Shown in pieces: positions 1-8,628 of a stretch of DNA of 64,000 bases. Source of the DNA: an uncultured delta proteobacterium (GTDB lineage Bacteria > Myxococcota_A > Polyangia > Polyangiales > B10-G4); contig CAVSGI010000020.1 in assembly GCA_963727445.1 (NCBI GenBank), positions 352,001 to 416,000 of the forward strand, in the 5' to 3' direction. The translations under genes and the position numbers were made by a program. How positions within the stretch are numbered: position 1 is the first letter of the stretch; each line of letters opens with the position of its first letter. The notes under the pieces were generated by a model that saw only the letters and a program-made list of their open reading frames with translations, was not told where the DNA came from and made no database searches.

Positions 1-588
1 GAGACCCCGGCCGAAGGCGAGGGCGAGCGCGGCATCTGTGCGGCCTTCGCCGTGCGCTCCGACCTGCTGGCCACCAGCGCTCAGTGCGTGCTCCGAATGC
101 AGGAGGGACGCGCGCAGCACGCGACTCATTTCGCGGTCCCCAACGGCGGGGGCGGGAGCCGGCTGTCGATCACGCAGATGTGGCACCACCCCGGCTACGT
201 CCCCGGCGGCGCACCCTCGGCGGACGTGGGCATCGTTCAGACCGGGGGCAATCTCGCCAGCCAACTTCCGCTGGCGTCGATGGAAGAGCTCGCGGAGCTG
301 AAAGCGGGAGATCCGGTCTTCCTCTTCGGCTTCTCTTCCGACCTCTCGAACGTCTCGGCCCCGGTCGCGGGGGTGGCCCGCGGGCGGATCCAGGGCATCA
401 CCGGCTTCGACGGAAACCAGGCCCCCCTCCCCACCGCGCAGGTCATCGTCCACGACATCCAGAGCTCCCAGGGCACCCGTGGGAGCCCGATCTTCGACGC
501 TTCTGGCCGGGTCATCGCCATCGACGAGGGGGGCCATGGGGTACGGATCGACCTGTTGGCGAGCCTCCTGGCGGGGATGGGGCGTTGA
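1..588 (+). CDS. Trypsin-like (S1) peptidase-domain protein, 5'-truncated; catalytic His/Ser apparently substituted
   Basis: Frame open from base 1; 'LLATSAQCV', 'ADVGIV', 'GTRGSPIFDASGRVIAI' match trypsin-2 TxAHC / DxAL / GxSGSP segments. Confidence 0.7.
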   Translation, partial: ETPAEGEGERGICAAFAVRSDLLATSAQCVLRMQEGRAQHATHFAVPNGGGGSRLSITQMWHHPGYVPGGAPSADVGIVQTGGNLASQLPLASMEELAELKAGDPVFLFGFSSDLSNVSAPVAGVARGRIQGITGFDGNQAPLPTAQVIVHDIQSSQGTRGSPIFDASGRVIAIDEGGHGVRIDLLASLLAGMGR

Positions 589-654
589 TCTAGCTTAGGG
601 CGGGGGATCGAGAATATCGCGGCCCGGTTTCCCGTATAAAGACACCCCAGACCC

Positions 655-2643
655 ATGTTCCGACCGAAATCGCAAGCCGCCCTCGGCGTCCTTTCGGCCC
701 TCGTCGCCGGGATCGTCATCTTCTTCGGGCCGAGCCCCCTCGCCCACGCGCAGGCCCGCGCGGTTCAGAGCCGCCTCGAGGAGTTCGGCCGCATGCCGAC
801 GCGCGACGCGCGACACCTCGTGCGCGAGATCTCGAACGAGCTGCGCGCCAACGCGCGCGAGGGGGGCGACCGCTACGACCGCATTCGCACCTCGGTGGGG
901 CGGGCGATCCTCGATGGCCCCGGCAGCAATCGCGAGGAGTACGAGCAGCGGTTGGGCCAGGTGCTCACCCGCATGCAGCGCGGTCTCGACGAGCAGCTCC
1001 TCGAGGCGCTCTTTCAGAACCGTCCGAATGCGGCGGTCCTCTGTGCCACGGACTTCGAGGTCACCATCCTCGAGTGCGATGCGTTGATCGCGGCGGCCTC
1101 GCGCAGTCGCAGCCCGCTTCCCTTCACGCCGGCCGACGACGGATCGGCGCTGAAGACCGCGCTGCGCGAAGCCAGCGTGAACAGGCGCCAGGCGAACGAG
1201 ATCGCGGACAAGCTCGGTGAGGCGATGCTGGGCGTTCCGCGGATCCTGACCCGCGATCAGCGCGGGCGCGGTCTGCTTCGCCTCCTCGAGTCGTGTCCCG
1301 GCGGTCTGTCGAGCCGAGAGGCGCAGGTACGCGCGTGGCACGTCGGTCCCACCGTGGGGATGGCGCGCTGCATCGCCACCGTTCTGGCGCGCCGCAGCAC
1401 CGCGTCGGCGGCGCGAGATCGCGCGCAGCAGTTCTTCGGGATGAGCGCGCTCGCGGCGCAGGCCTTCATCGGATGGGGCGTGCCGAACGCGGCTTCCGGC
1501 GGCAACGCCTCGTCGTCAGCCGCGGCCGCGACCCCGCCGCCGCGGCGCGCCGCGCCTTCGGCGACCGAGCTGCTCTCCCAGGCGAGGGCCCATTTTCGCG
1601 CGGGCCGCTTCCGCGAATCGGCCATGGCCTACCAGCAGGTCACGCGCATGGACCCCACCAACTCCGGCGCCTTCGCGGGATTGGGCTCGGCCCTCCTTCG
1701 CGGCCGGCAGACGCGGCCCGCGGTGGGCGCCTATCGCCAGGCGGTGCAGCTCCAGCCAGGCAACCCGAACTATCACGCGTTCTTGGGTGAAGCGCTCGCG
1801 GCCTCCGGCGATCACGACGGGGCGGTCGCCGAGTACCAGGCAGCGCTGGCGATCCAGCCCAACAACTTCATCGCGAGCCAGGGGCTCTCGCGCGTCGGCG
1901 CGCATGCGAATCGCGGTCAAGCACAGCAGAACCGCACGCTGTCGCCCGCGCAGCAGGCCGATCGCTGGCGCACTCAGGGCCGCGACCACTTTCGTGCGGG
2001 CCGCTTCCCGCAGGCCGCCTCGGCTTACGAGCAGGCGGTCCGCCTTCAGCCGGACAACGCGGGTGCCTACTCGGGGCTCGGCGCGGCGCGCTTGCAGATG
2101 GGTGACACCGCCGGTGCGGTCTCCGCGTATCAGAACGCGGTGCGCCTCGACTCGAACCACTCGGGCTATTGGAGCGCGCTCGCGCGCGCCCAGGCACGCA
2201 GCGGCGACCGGCCGGGCGCGATCGCCTCGCTTCAGCGCGCGCTTCAGCTCGATCCGCAGAACCAGAACGCGCAGCAAGGCCTTCGCGCGCTGGGCGGCGC
2301 GCCCGCGCGGGGCAATGCGGTGGCGGCGACCGCCCCGACCCAGGCCGGCGCTCCGACCCAGACGGGCAACCAGCTCCCCGAGACGCCGTCGCGCGATCAG
2401 ATCATCGGCGTGATGCGGCCGCTGCAGGCGCAGGTGGCGGCTTGCGTGCCCAGCTTCTCCGGTCGCGTGACCTTCAGCTTCGCGGTGGTCGGGGAGACCG
2501 GCGGCGTGGAGGACGTCACGGTGGCCGAAGAGGATCAGCTCGAGCCCGAAGAGCTCGAGTGCATGCAGGGCGTGATCGCCAACGGCTCCTTCCCCCACTT
2601 CACCCGCGAGCGCCTCGAGGTCAGCTACCCCTACGTGCTCTAG
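655..2643 (+). CDS. Exported TPR-repeat protein with C-terminal AgmX/PglI (TonB-C-like) domain
   Basis: N-terminal hydrophobic segment; two blocks of TPRs; C-terminal 'LPETPSRDQI...AAC...ECM...FPHF...VSYPY'. Confidence 0.8.
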   Translation: MFRPKSQAALGVLSALVAGIVIFFGPSPLAHAQARAVQSRLEEFGRMPTRDARHLVREISNELRANAREGGDRYDRIRTSVGRAILDGPGSNREEYEQRLGQVLTRMQRGLDEQLLEALFQNRPNAAVLCATDFEVTILECDALIAAASRSRSPLPFTPADDGSALKTALREASVNRRQANEIADKLGEAMLGVPRILTRDQRGRGLLRLLESCPGGLSSREAQVRAWHVGPTVGMARCIATVLARRSTASAARDRAQQFFGMSALAAQAFIGWGVPNAASGGNASSSAAAATPPPRRAAPSATELLSQARAHFRAGRFRESAMAYQQVTRMDPTNSGAFAGLGSALLRGRQTRPAVGAYRQAVQLQPGNPNYHAFLGEALAASGDHDGAVAEYQAALAIQPNNFIASQGLSRVGAHANRGQAQQNRTLSPAQQADRWRTQGRDHFRAGRFPQAASAYEQAVRLQPDNAGAYSGLGAARLQMGDTAGAVSAYQNAVRLDSNHSGYWSALARAQARSGDRPGAIASLQRALQLDPQNQNAQQGLRALGGAPARGNAVAATAPTQAGAPTQTGNQLPETPSRDQIIGVMRPLQAQVAACVPSFSGRVTFSFAVVGETGGVEDVTVAEEDQLEPEELECMQGVIANGSFPHFTRERLEVSYPYVL

Positions 2644-2703
2644 CGCCCACGCACGCCTCGGCGCCGGGCCGGCGCGCTCGCGGCGACAGTTCGTGCAGCT
2701 ACG

Positions 2704-2738
2704 CACATCTCGTCGCGCCCCGGAGATGTGGGTTTTTT
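2704..2738 (+). terminator. Putative intrinsic terminator
   Basis: CACATCTC-11nt-GAGATGTG stem followed by GG-TTTTTT, 60 bp after the 2643 stop. Confidence 0.5.
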
Positions 2739-2771
2739 GACCACCCGGCGCCGGTTGGTGAAAAAGAGGGC

Positions 2772-3378
2772 ATGTCACAGGGCGCACGGGTTACGGACGC
2801 GGTGAGCTATTTTCAGCGCCGCGGGGAGCTCAAGGGGGCGGTTCGGGTCGTTCGGAGCCGACTTCCGGAGAAATTCCGGTGGCGGCGCGCGGTGGGCGGC
2901 CTGACCTCGACCGCGGGCAAGCTCCGGGGAATCGACCGGATGCGGGTCACCGAGCCCATCCGTGAGGTCGTGCTCGACATGGAGGACTTCGACCTGAAGC
3001 GCGAGGTCGTGATCGATGCCCGCCGCCACGGCGTCGACTTCGACCGAGGCGAGGTGCTGCCCTTTCGAATCCGTCGGGGACCTCCGGCGCTACTCCTTCT
3101 TGACCGACGTTCCCCTCGAGCAGGTGCTGAAGCACGTCCGGCTCGACCCCGGTTCCTTCTTCGCCCGCGCCGACACCGCGGCGGTGGTCATCGTCGGCCG
3201 TCACTACGAGATCGTCCACCGCAAGAAGGCGCACGAGCTCTGGCTCGAGATCCCCGACCCGGACGGACCCGACAAGCAGGAGCTCCACCATCACGTGATG
3301 GCCGATCGGGCCGAGCGCGAGGCGCGCCTGGCGGACCGCTGGTCCGCGTTCACCCGCGCCGTTCTCGACGCGAAGTAG
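2772..3378 (+). CDS. Hypothetical protein, split by a +1 frameshift at ~3063
   Basis: MSQGARVTDAV...GEVLPF continues as ESVGDLRRYSF...AK* in the next frame; one extra T in CCCTTTCGAA. Confidence 0.65.
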
Positions 3379-3384
3379 AAGGCG

Positions 3385-3882
3385 TCACTCCGCGACGCGG
3401 CCGGACGCGATCAGCCACAGCTCGAGCTCTTCGATCGCGCGCTCGCCCCCGCGGCGCGAGAGCACGTGATCGGCCGCTTCGAGGGCCGCCGGATGCGCGT
3501 CGGCCACCGCCACCCCCGTCCCCGCGAGGGCGAAGATCTCGGCATCGTCGAGACCATCGCCGATGACGCAGATCTCCTCCGGGCTGACGCCGCTGTCGGC
3601 GACGATCGCGTCGAAGGCGGCCACCTTGTCCGTCACGCCCAGCCATCGCACGTCGCAACCGAGGAGCTCCATGCGGCGCCGGGCCGCGGGGGTCTTGTTG
3701 CGGCTGAGTGGGAGGATGGTCAGGCCGCGCTCGCGCAGCCGAAGGATCGCTTCGCCGTCGCGCACGCTGTAGACCTGTGTCCAGCCCACCTCGGCGCCTG
3801 CGTACCAGGTGGTGGCGTCGGTGAGGGTTCCGTCCACATCGAACGCGACGATGCGGACGGAAGGTGGCAGGCTCTCGCTCAT
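3385..3882 (-). CDS. kdsC: KdsC-family HAD phosphatase (Kdo 8-phosphate phosphatase-like)
   Basis: AFDVDGTLTD, 'SVRDG', 'IGDGLDD', 'GGERAIEE' motifs. Confidence 0.8.
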   Translation of the reverse strand: MSESLPPSVRIVAFDVDGTLTDATTWYAGAEVGWTQVYSVRDGEAILRLRERGLTILPLSRNKTPAARRRMELLGCDVRWLGVTDKVAAFDAIVADSGVSPEEICVIGDGLDDAEIFALAGTGVAVADAHPAALEAADHVLSRRGGERAIEELELWLIASGRVAE

Positions 3883-3913
3883 GGCCGCGAAAGATACCCC
3901 CAACGGCGCGAAG

Positions 3914-5026
3914 ATGTCCTCCACCAGCGTGCGCGCCATCGGCGTGATGAGTGGAACGAGCTGCGACGGGGCGGACGCCGTGCTCCTGTCCATCGCCGAC
4001 CCCGACGCGCGCGGGGAGCCGGAGGTGCTGGGCCACGCCTTCGTGCCCTACGACAGGGCGCTCCGAGAAGAGCTGATGGCGCCCGGACGGATCCACACGC
4101 CGCGGCTGTGCGAGCTCGACTACCTGTTGCCCGAGATCTATCAGGCGGCGATCGAGAAGCTGCCCGAGTGGCAGACGGCGGACGTGGTCGGCTGTCACGG
4201 ACAGACCGTTTGGCACGCGCCACCGTCGGCGGGGGCCAGCGTGCCGGGTACGATGCAGATCGGCTCGCCGTCGGTGCTGGCCGCGCGCCTCGACAAGGTG
4301 GTGGTTGGGGACTTCCGCGCCGCCGACGTCGCTCGAGGCGGGGAGGGGGCGCCCATCGCCCCGATCGCCCACTTCATGTTCACCCCCGAGGACCACACCG
4401 GTCGGCTGGTGGTGAACGTCGGCGGCATCGCCAACGTCACCTTCGTGGCGGGCTCTCGCGACGAGGTGACCGCCGCCGACATCGGCCCGGGCAACATGAT
4501 CGCCGATCGCCTCTGTGCGGCGACAAGCCTCGGCAGCGAGGCCTACGATCGCGACGGCCTGATGAGCCGCGATGGATCGGTGCACGAAGAGGTGGTCGAT
4601 CACATCCTGGCCCACCCCTTCTTCTCCCGACCGGAGCCGCGCACCACCGGTCGCGAGGACTTCGGCGCCGGCTACACCGACTCCCTCACGCGGCGCTTTT
4701 CCAAGCTCAGCGCGCCAGACCTGCTCCGGAGCACCCTCGCGGCCACAGCCGAGGTGATCGCCCGCGCCGCCCGGGCGAAGAGCGCGAGCGAGATCCTGCT
4801 CACCGGGGGTGGGGCCAAGAACCCGACGCTCCGCGAGCTCCTGGGACAGCGCGCTGGGACCATCCCCCTGGCGGTGGCCGAGTCCGGTCCCTTCGCGCCC
4901 TCCATTCACGAGCCGGCGGCGATGGCGCTGATCGCCGCGCGCACGCTTCGCGGCCTTCCCAGCGGGCTGCCGCAGGTCACGGGCGCGAAGTCGGAGTCGG
5001 TACTGGGCGTCGTCGCCCGACCCTGA
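3914..5026 (+). CDS. anmK: Anhydro-N-acetylmuramic acid kinase
   Basis: GVMSGTSCDG, GCHGQTVWH, DFRAADVARGGEGAP, NVGGIAN, DIGPGN, TTGREDF, GGGAKNP; alternative start 3881. Confidence 0.95.
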   Translation: MSSTSVRAIGVMSGTSCDGADAVLLSIADPDARGEPEVLGHAFVPYDRALREELMAPGRIHTPRLCELDYLLPEIYQAAIEKLPEWQTADVVGCHGQTVWHAPPSAGASVPGTMQIGSPSVLAARLDKVVVGDFRAADVARGGEGAPIAPIAHFMFTPEDHTGRLVVNVGGIANVTFVAGSRDEVTAADIGPGNMIADRLCAATSLGSEAYDRDGLMSRDGSVHEEVVDHILAHPFFSRPEPRTTGREDFGAGYTDSLTRRFSKLSAPDLLRSTLAATAEVIARAARAKSASEILLTGGGAKNPTLRELLGQRAGTIPLAVAESGPFAPSIHEPAAMALIAARTLRGLPSGLPQVTGAKSESVLGVVARP

Positions 5027-5032
5027 TGCGTC

Positions 5033-6778
5033 TCAGGTCCCGGTGATCTTCGACAGGGCGGCGGTCATCTCCGCGACCAGCGCCTCGCCGCGTGCGCGGG
5101 CCGAGGCGATCTGCTCGCCCTCGGCGATGGTGACGCGCGCGTCGAAGTAGAATTTGATCTTGGGCTCGGTGCCGCTCGGTCGCGCCATGATGCGGTGACC
5201 GCCCTCGAGCTCGAAGAGCAGCACGTCGCTCGGCGGGTAGTCGAGCTTGGTGACCTTGCCGTCGGCATCTTTGCGAGTCCCTGCGTCGAGGTCGCTGAAG
5301 GCGCGCACGGCCAGTGAGCCAAAGGCCTCGGGCGGCTCGCTGGAGAGCTCCTTCATGATGCGGCGGATGCGTTCGGCTCCCTCGGCGCCGGGAAGCACGA
5401 CGGCGCGTTGGCCGGAGAGGAACATCCCGTAGCGCCGGTAGCAGAGCTCGCGCTCCTCGAGGACGTTGCGCCCCTGGCTCTTGCACCAGGCCGCGAAGTC
5501 CGCGAAGACCGCGGCCGCGCTCACTCCGTCCTTGTCACGGACCAGGGTGCCGATGGTGTAGCCGATGGCCTCCTCGTAGCCCATGGCGAAGCGAAGCCCA
5601 CGCTCCTTCTCGAGGCGGATCGCTTCGTTGGCGATCCACTTGAAGCCGGTGAGGGTGTGCTGGAAGTAGGCGCCGTGGGCGGCAGCGATGTCGCCCAGCC
5701 AGGGGGAGCTCACGATCGAGGACAGCACCATCCGGTCGTCGCCCTCGCCCTTCGACAGGACGTAATGGGCGAGGAGGCAGCCGGTGTCGTTGCCGGTGAG
5801 CATCTGATAGCGGCCTTCGCGGTCGCGGATGGCCACGGCGAGGCGGTCGGCGTCCGGATCGTTGGCCAGGACCAGGTCGGCGCCCTCCTTATCGGCGAGC
5901 GCGAGGACCATGTCCATCGCGCCCTTCTCCTCGGGGTTGGGGAATTCGACGGTCGGGAAGGAGCCATCGGGCTCGGCCTGCTCCGGCACCGAGTGGACGT
6001 GCGCAAAGCCGCTGTCGGCGAGGGCGGCGCGGGCGAAACGCTCCCCCACGCCGTGCAGCGCCGTGTAGGCGATGACGAGATCACGCGGGGCGTCGGGGCT
6101 GAGCGCGAGCGCGCGCACGCCATCGAGATATCGGCGCTCGACCTCCTCGCCGACCACGACCAGCCGACCGCTCGAGAGCGCCTCGTCCCGCGAGACGCGC
6201 GGGAGGTCGGCCACGTTGTCGACCGCTGCGATGCGCTTCGCGATCTCCGCATCGTGAGGTGGGATGATCTGCGCGCCGTTCTCCCAGTAGACCTTGTACC
6301 CGTTGTACGCAGGCGGGTTGTGGCTGGCGGTCACCATCACCGCCGCCGCCGCGTTGCGATCGAGCGCGGTGAAGGCGAGGACCGGCGTGGGCACGACGCG
6401 GTCGAAGATCCAGGCCTGGAGCCCGGCGCCGCAGACGACCTCCGCCACGTCTTCGGCGAAGCGGCGACTCTTGTTGCGCCCGTCGAAGCCGATGGCCACC
6501 CCCCGTTCGGCGGCGTCCGGGATCTGCTCCTTCACCCACGCGACCAGTCCCGCGGTGGCGCGCAGGACGACGCGCCGGTTCATTCGGTTGGGTCCGGCCC
6601 CGAGGATTCCGCGCAGGCCCGCCGTCCCGAACTCGAGGTCGCCCGAAAAGCGGGCGCGCAGGCCGTCGGCATCTCCGTCGGCGATCAACGCGTCGATCTC
6701 GGCGCGCGTCTCTTCGTCGGGGTCGTCGTCGCGCCAAGCGATGGCGCGCTTCTTCAGCTCTTCGTCGATTTCGGCCAT
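5033..6778 (-). CDS. Phosphoglucomutase/phosphomannomutase-family phospho-sugar mutase
   Basis: FGTAGLRG, TASHNP, NDPDADR, GYEEAIG, RPSGTEPKIKFY. Confidence 0.95.
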   Translation of the reverse strand: MAEIDEELKKRAIAWRDDDPDEETRAEIDALIADGDADGLRARFSGDLEFGTAGLRGILGAGPNRMNRRVVLRATAGLVAWVKEQIPDAAERGVAIGFDGRNKSRRFAEDVAEVVCGAGLQAWIFDRVVPTPVLAFTALDRNAAAAVMVTASHNPPAYNGYKVYWENGAQIIPPHDAEIAKRIAAVDNVADLPRVSRDEALSSGRLVVVGEEVERRYLDGVRALALSPDAPRDLVIAYTALHGVGERFARAALADSGFAHVHSVPEQAEPDGSFPTVEFPNPEEKGAMDMVLALADKEGADLVLANDPDADRLAVAIRDREGRYQMLTGNDTGCLLAHYVLSKGEGDDRMVLSSIVSSPWLGDIAAAHGAYFQHTLTGFKWIANEAIRLEKERGLRFAMGYEEAIGYTIGTLVRDKDGVSAAAVFADFAAWCKSQGRNVLEERELCYRRYGMFLSGQRAVVLPGAEGAERIRRIMKELSSEPPEAFGSLAVRAFSDLDAGTRKDADGKVTKLDYPPSDVLLFELEGGHRIMARPSGTEPKIKFYFDARVTIAEGEQIASARARGEALVAEMTAALSKITGT

Positions 6779-6810
6779 GGGGCGCCTATATAAACCGGTA
6801 GAGTCGTCGA

Positions 6811-7364
6811 ATGTCGAATGGATGGCGGACGCTCGCCCTTTTGGCCGTCCTGTCGTGGGCGGGATGTGGTGACGACTCGGGTACGTCGGGCGATGTGGCG
6901 GTGGATGCGCGGGCCGATGGCCGGGCCGATACCGGGACCGCCGCCGACGGCGGTGGAGGCGACGGAGGGGGTGTGGACTCGGGGACCACGGACGCGGGAG
7001 GGCGGGCATCGAGCTCCAACAGGCGCGGGGCACGCGCGTCTATCACAACACGCTCTACAGCACCGATGGCGCGACGGGGTTCTTCAGCTCGATCGACTAT
7101 CGCTTCTCGAACACCGACGTGGACATCCAGAACAACCTGGTCCGGCGCATCACTGTCCGAGACGGAGCTGGCGGAACCGTCATGAACAACGTCGAAGGGG
7201 CGAGCGCCAGCCATTTCCAGGACGCCGCCATGGGCGACTTCCACCTCTCCCCGAGCGCCACCGACTGCATCGACCAGGGCGCGGTCCTCGACGGAGCGGG
7301 CGTCGACATCGACGGCGAGACCCACGACGACGGCCCGCCGGACATCGGCGCGGACGAGACCTGA
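6811..7364 (+). pseudogene. Lipoprotein with parallel beta-helix C-terminus; central part apparently deleted, halves out of frame
   Basis: Signal/lipobox 'SWAGCGDD' and DG linker to ~7000; another frame then gives 'GIELQQARGTRVYHNT...GDFHLSPSATDCIDQG...PPDIGADE'. Confidence 0.55.
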
Positions 7365-7889
7365 TCAGCCCAGTCCTAGCGTCGTCAGCTTCTTCTTGTG
7401 GCGCGCCTGCGCCTCGTTGTACTCGTGCTGCTCGAGGCCCAGCGCGGTGGCGAGGCGGCGGAGGTAGTTCGCTTCCTGGATGGCGAGCTCCTCGTCGGCG
7501 GCGGCGAGCTCGAGGAGCACCTCGAGGATCTCGAGCCTCTGCGTGCGGTCGGTGAGCTCGCGCAGGTCGCGCACCCAGCGATGGTCCCCGGCGGCCACGA
7601 CGCGACCGATCTGTGTGGAGAGAACCGAACAGATCGCGTCGGCGGCCTGGGGGCTCAGGGCATGGATGCGGCCGAGCTCCTCGCGGACCTTCTCTTCTTC
7701 CTTCGGGTGGTACTCGTGGTCGGCGTAGGCGACGCAGGCGAGGAGGCCGGCGACGGCTGTGACGACGCGTCGCGCGTCGGGATCGACGTCGGCCATCGTC
7801 TCGTGCACCACGTCGCCGAGTGGATCGGCGGCCTGGGGCGTGTCCTCGGGACCTTCGAGCAGGCCCTTGATCGCGTCGATCAGACCCAC
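7365..7889 (-). CDS. TerB-family (tellurite resistance/DjlA-N-like) protein
   Basis: Two 'VAYADxxxxxxE' / 'LAAADxxxxxxE...LRRLATALGL' helical motifs. Confidence 0.8.
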   Translation of the reverse strand: MGLIDAIKGLLEGPEDTPQAADPLGDVVHETMADVDPDARRVVTAVAGLLACVAYADHEYHPKEEEKVREELGRIHALSPQAADAICSVLSTQIGRVVAAGDHRWVRDLRELTDRTQRLEILEVLLELAAADEELAIQEANYLRRLATALGLEQHEYNEAQARHKKKLTTLGLG

Positions 7890-7890
7890 C

Positions 7891-8571
7891 TCACGGCTCC
7901 TGGGGTGCGGGCGTCGGCTCTTCCTGCGCGGCCGGCGCCGGTTCCGGCACGGGCATGGTGCCGCCCTCGCGAAGGTTTCCGATCACCTGCGTGCTCACGC
8001 CGCTCACCATGTTGCGGATGGTCACCACGCCGTCGTAACCGATGTTGAAGGAGGGGTCTCCGTCCTCTTCCTGCATCCCGTAGTCGTAGGCTTCGAGGTG
8101 CTGGTAGGGGTCGTCGGGGAAGGTGCAGTCGAAGTAACCCTGTCCCGGGCCGCCGTAGAGCACCTGGTCGGCGCAGCGGAGCTCGGTGCGGCACCAGTAG
8201 CCGCCGCTGCCCCGCGGCACGCGCTGCACCTCGAAGGGACACTCGTCGCCGGCCGCGAGCCCTTCGACGCCGGTGACCTCGGTGATGGCGAGGGTGAAGA
8301 CCTTGGTGACCTCGAGGCCAGCCGTGCCCGAGTTCCCCACGGGCATCAAGGGCCCGGGAGGTGGCGGAAGCTCGAGCCCTGCGGTACCGGGAGCCACGGT
8401 TGGATTCGTCGCTCCCAATCCCATGGGCCCCATGCCGCCCAGGCCGTCCATCATCATCATGGCGAAGATGCTGGGGCCCACGCAGCTGCCCACGATGGCC
8501 AGAAGGATGAGCCCGCCGCAGCCGATCGCGACCCCGGTCCACATCGAGCCTTTCTTGCCCTCGTCGGCCAT
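7891..8571 (-). CDS. Hypothetical membrane-anchored protein with Cys-containing beta domain
   Basis: N-terminal TM, Pro linker, high-GC codon bias; C-terminal part resembles the end of 24619..26385 (GDxC...C.V.L.C...LxG...GxxDC). Confidence 0.7.
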   Translation of the reverse strand: MADEGKKGSMWTGVAIGCGGLILLAIVGSCVGPSIFAMMMMDGLGGMGPMGLGATNPTVAPGTAGLELPPPPGPLMPVGNSGTAGLEVTKVFTLAITEVTGVEGLAAGDECPFEVQRVPRGSGGYWCRTELRCADQVLYGGPGQGYFDCTFPDDPYQHLEAYDYGMQEEDGDPSFNIGYDGVVTIRNMVSGVSTQVIGNLREGGTMPVPEPAPAAQEEPTPAPQEP

Positions 8572-8628
8572 CGAGCACGCTTCTTATACCGCATGGAGCG
8601 GGCAGAGTAGATGCTACCTTCCGCGGCG

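Noticed and set aside
3055..3072. Programmed +1 frameshift at CCC-TTT-CGA
   Set aside because: One of many similar single-base insertions in the window; sequencing error is more parsimonious
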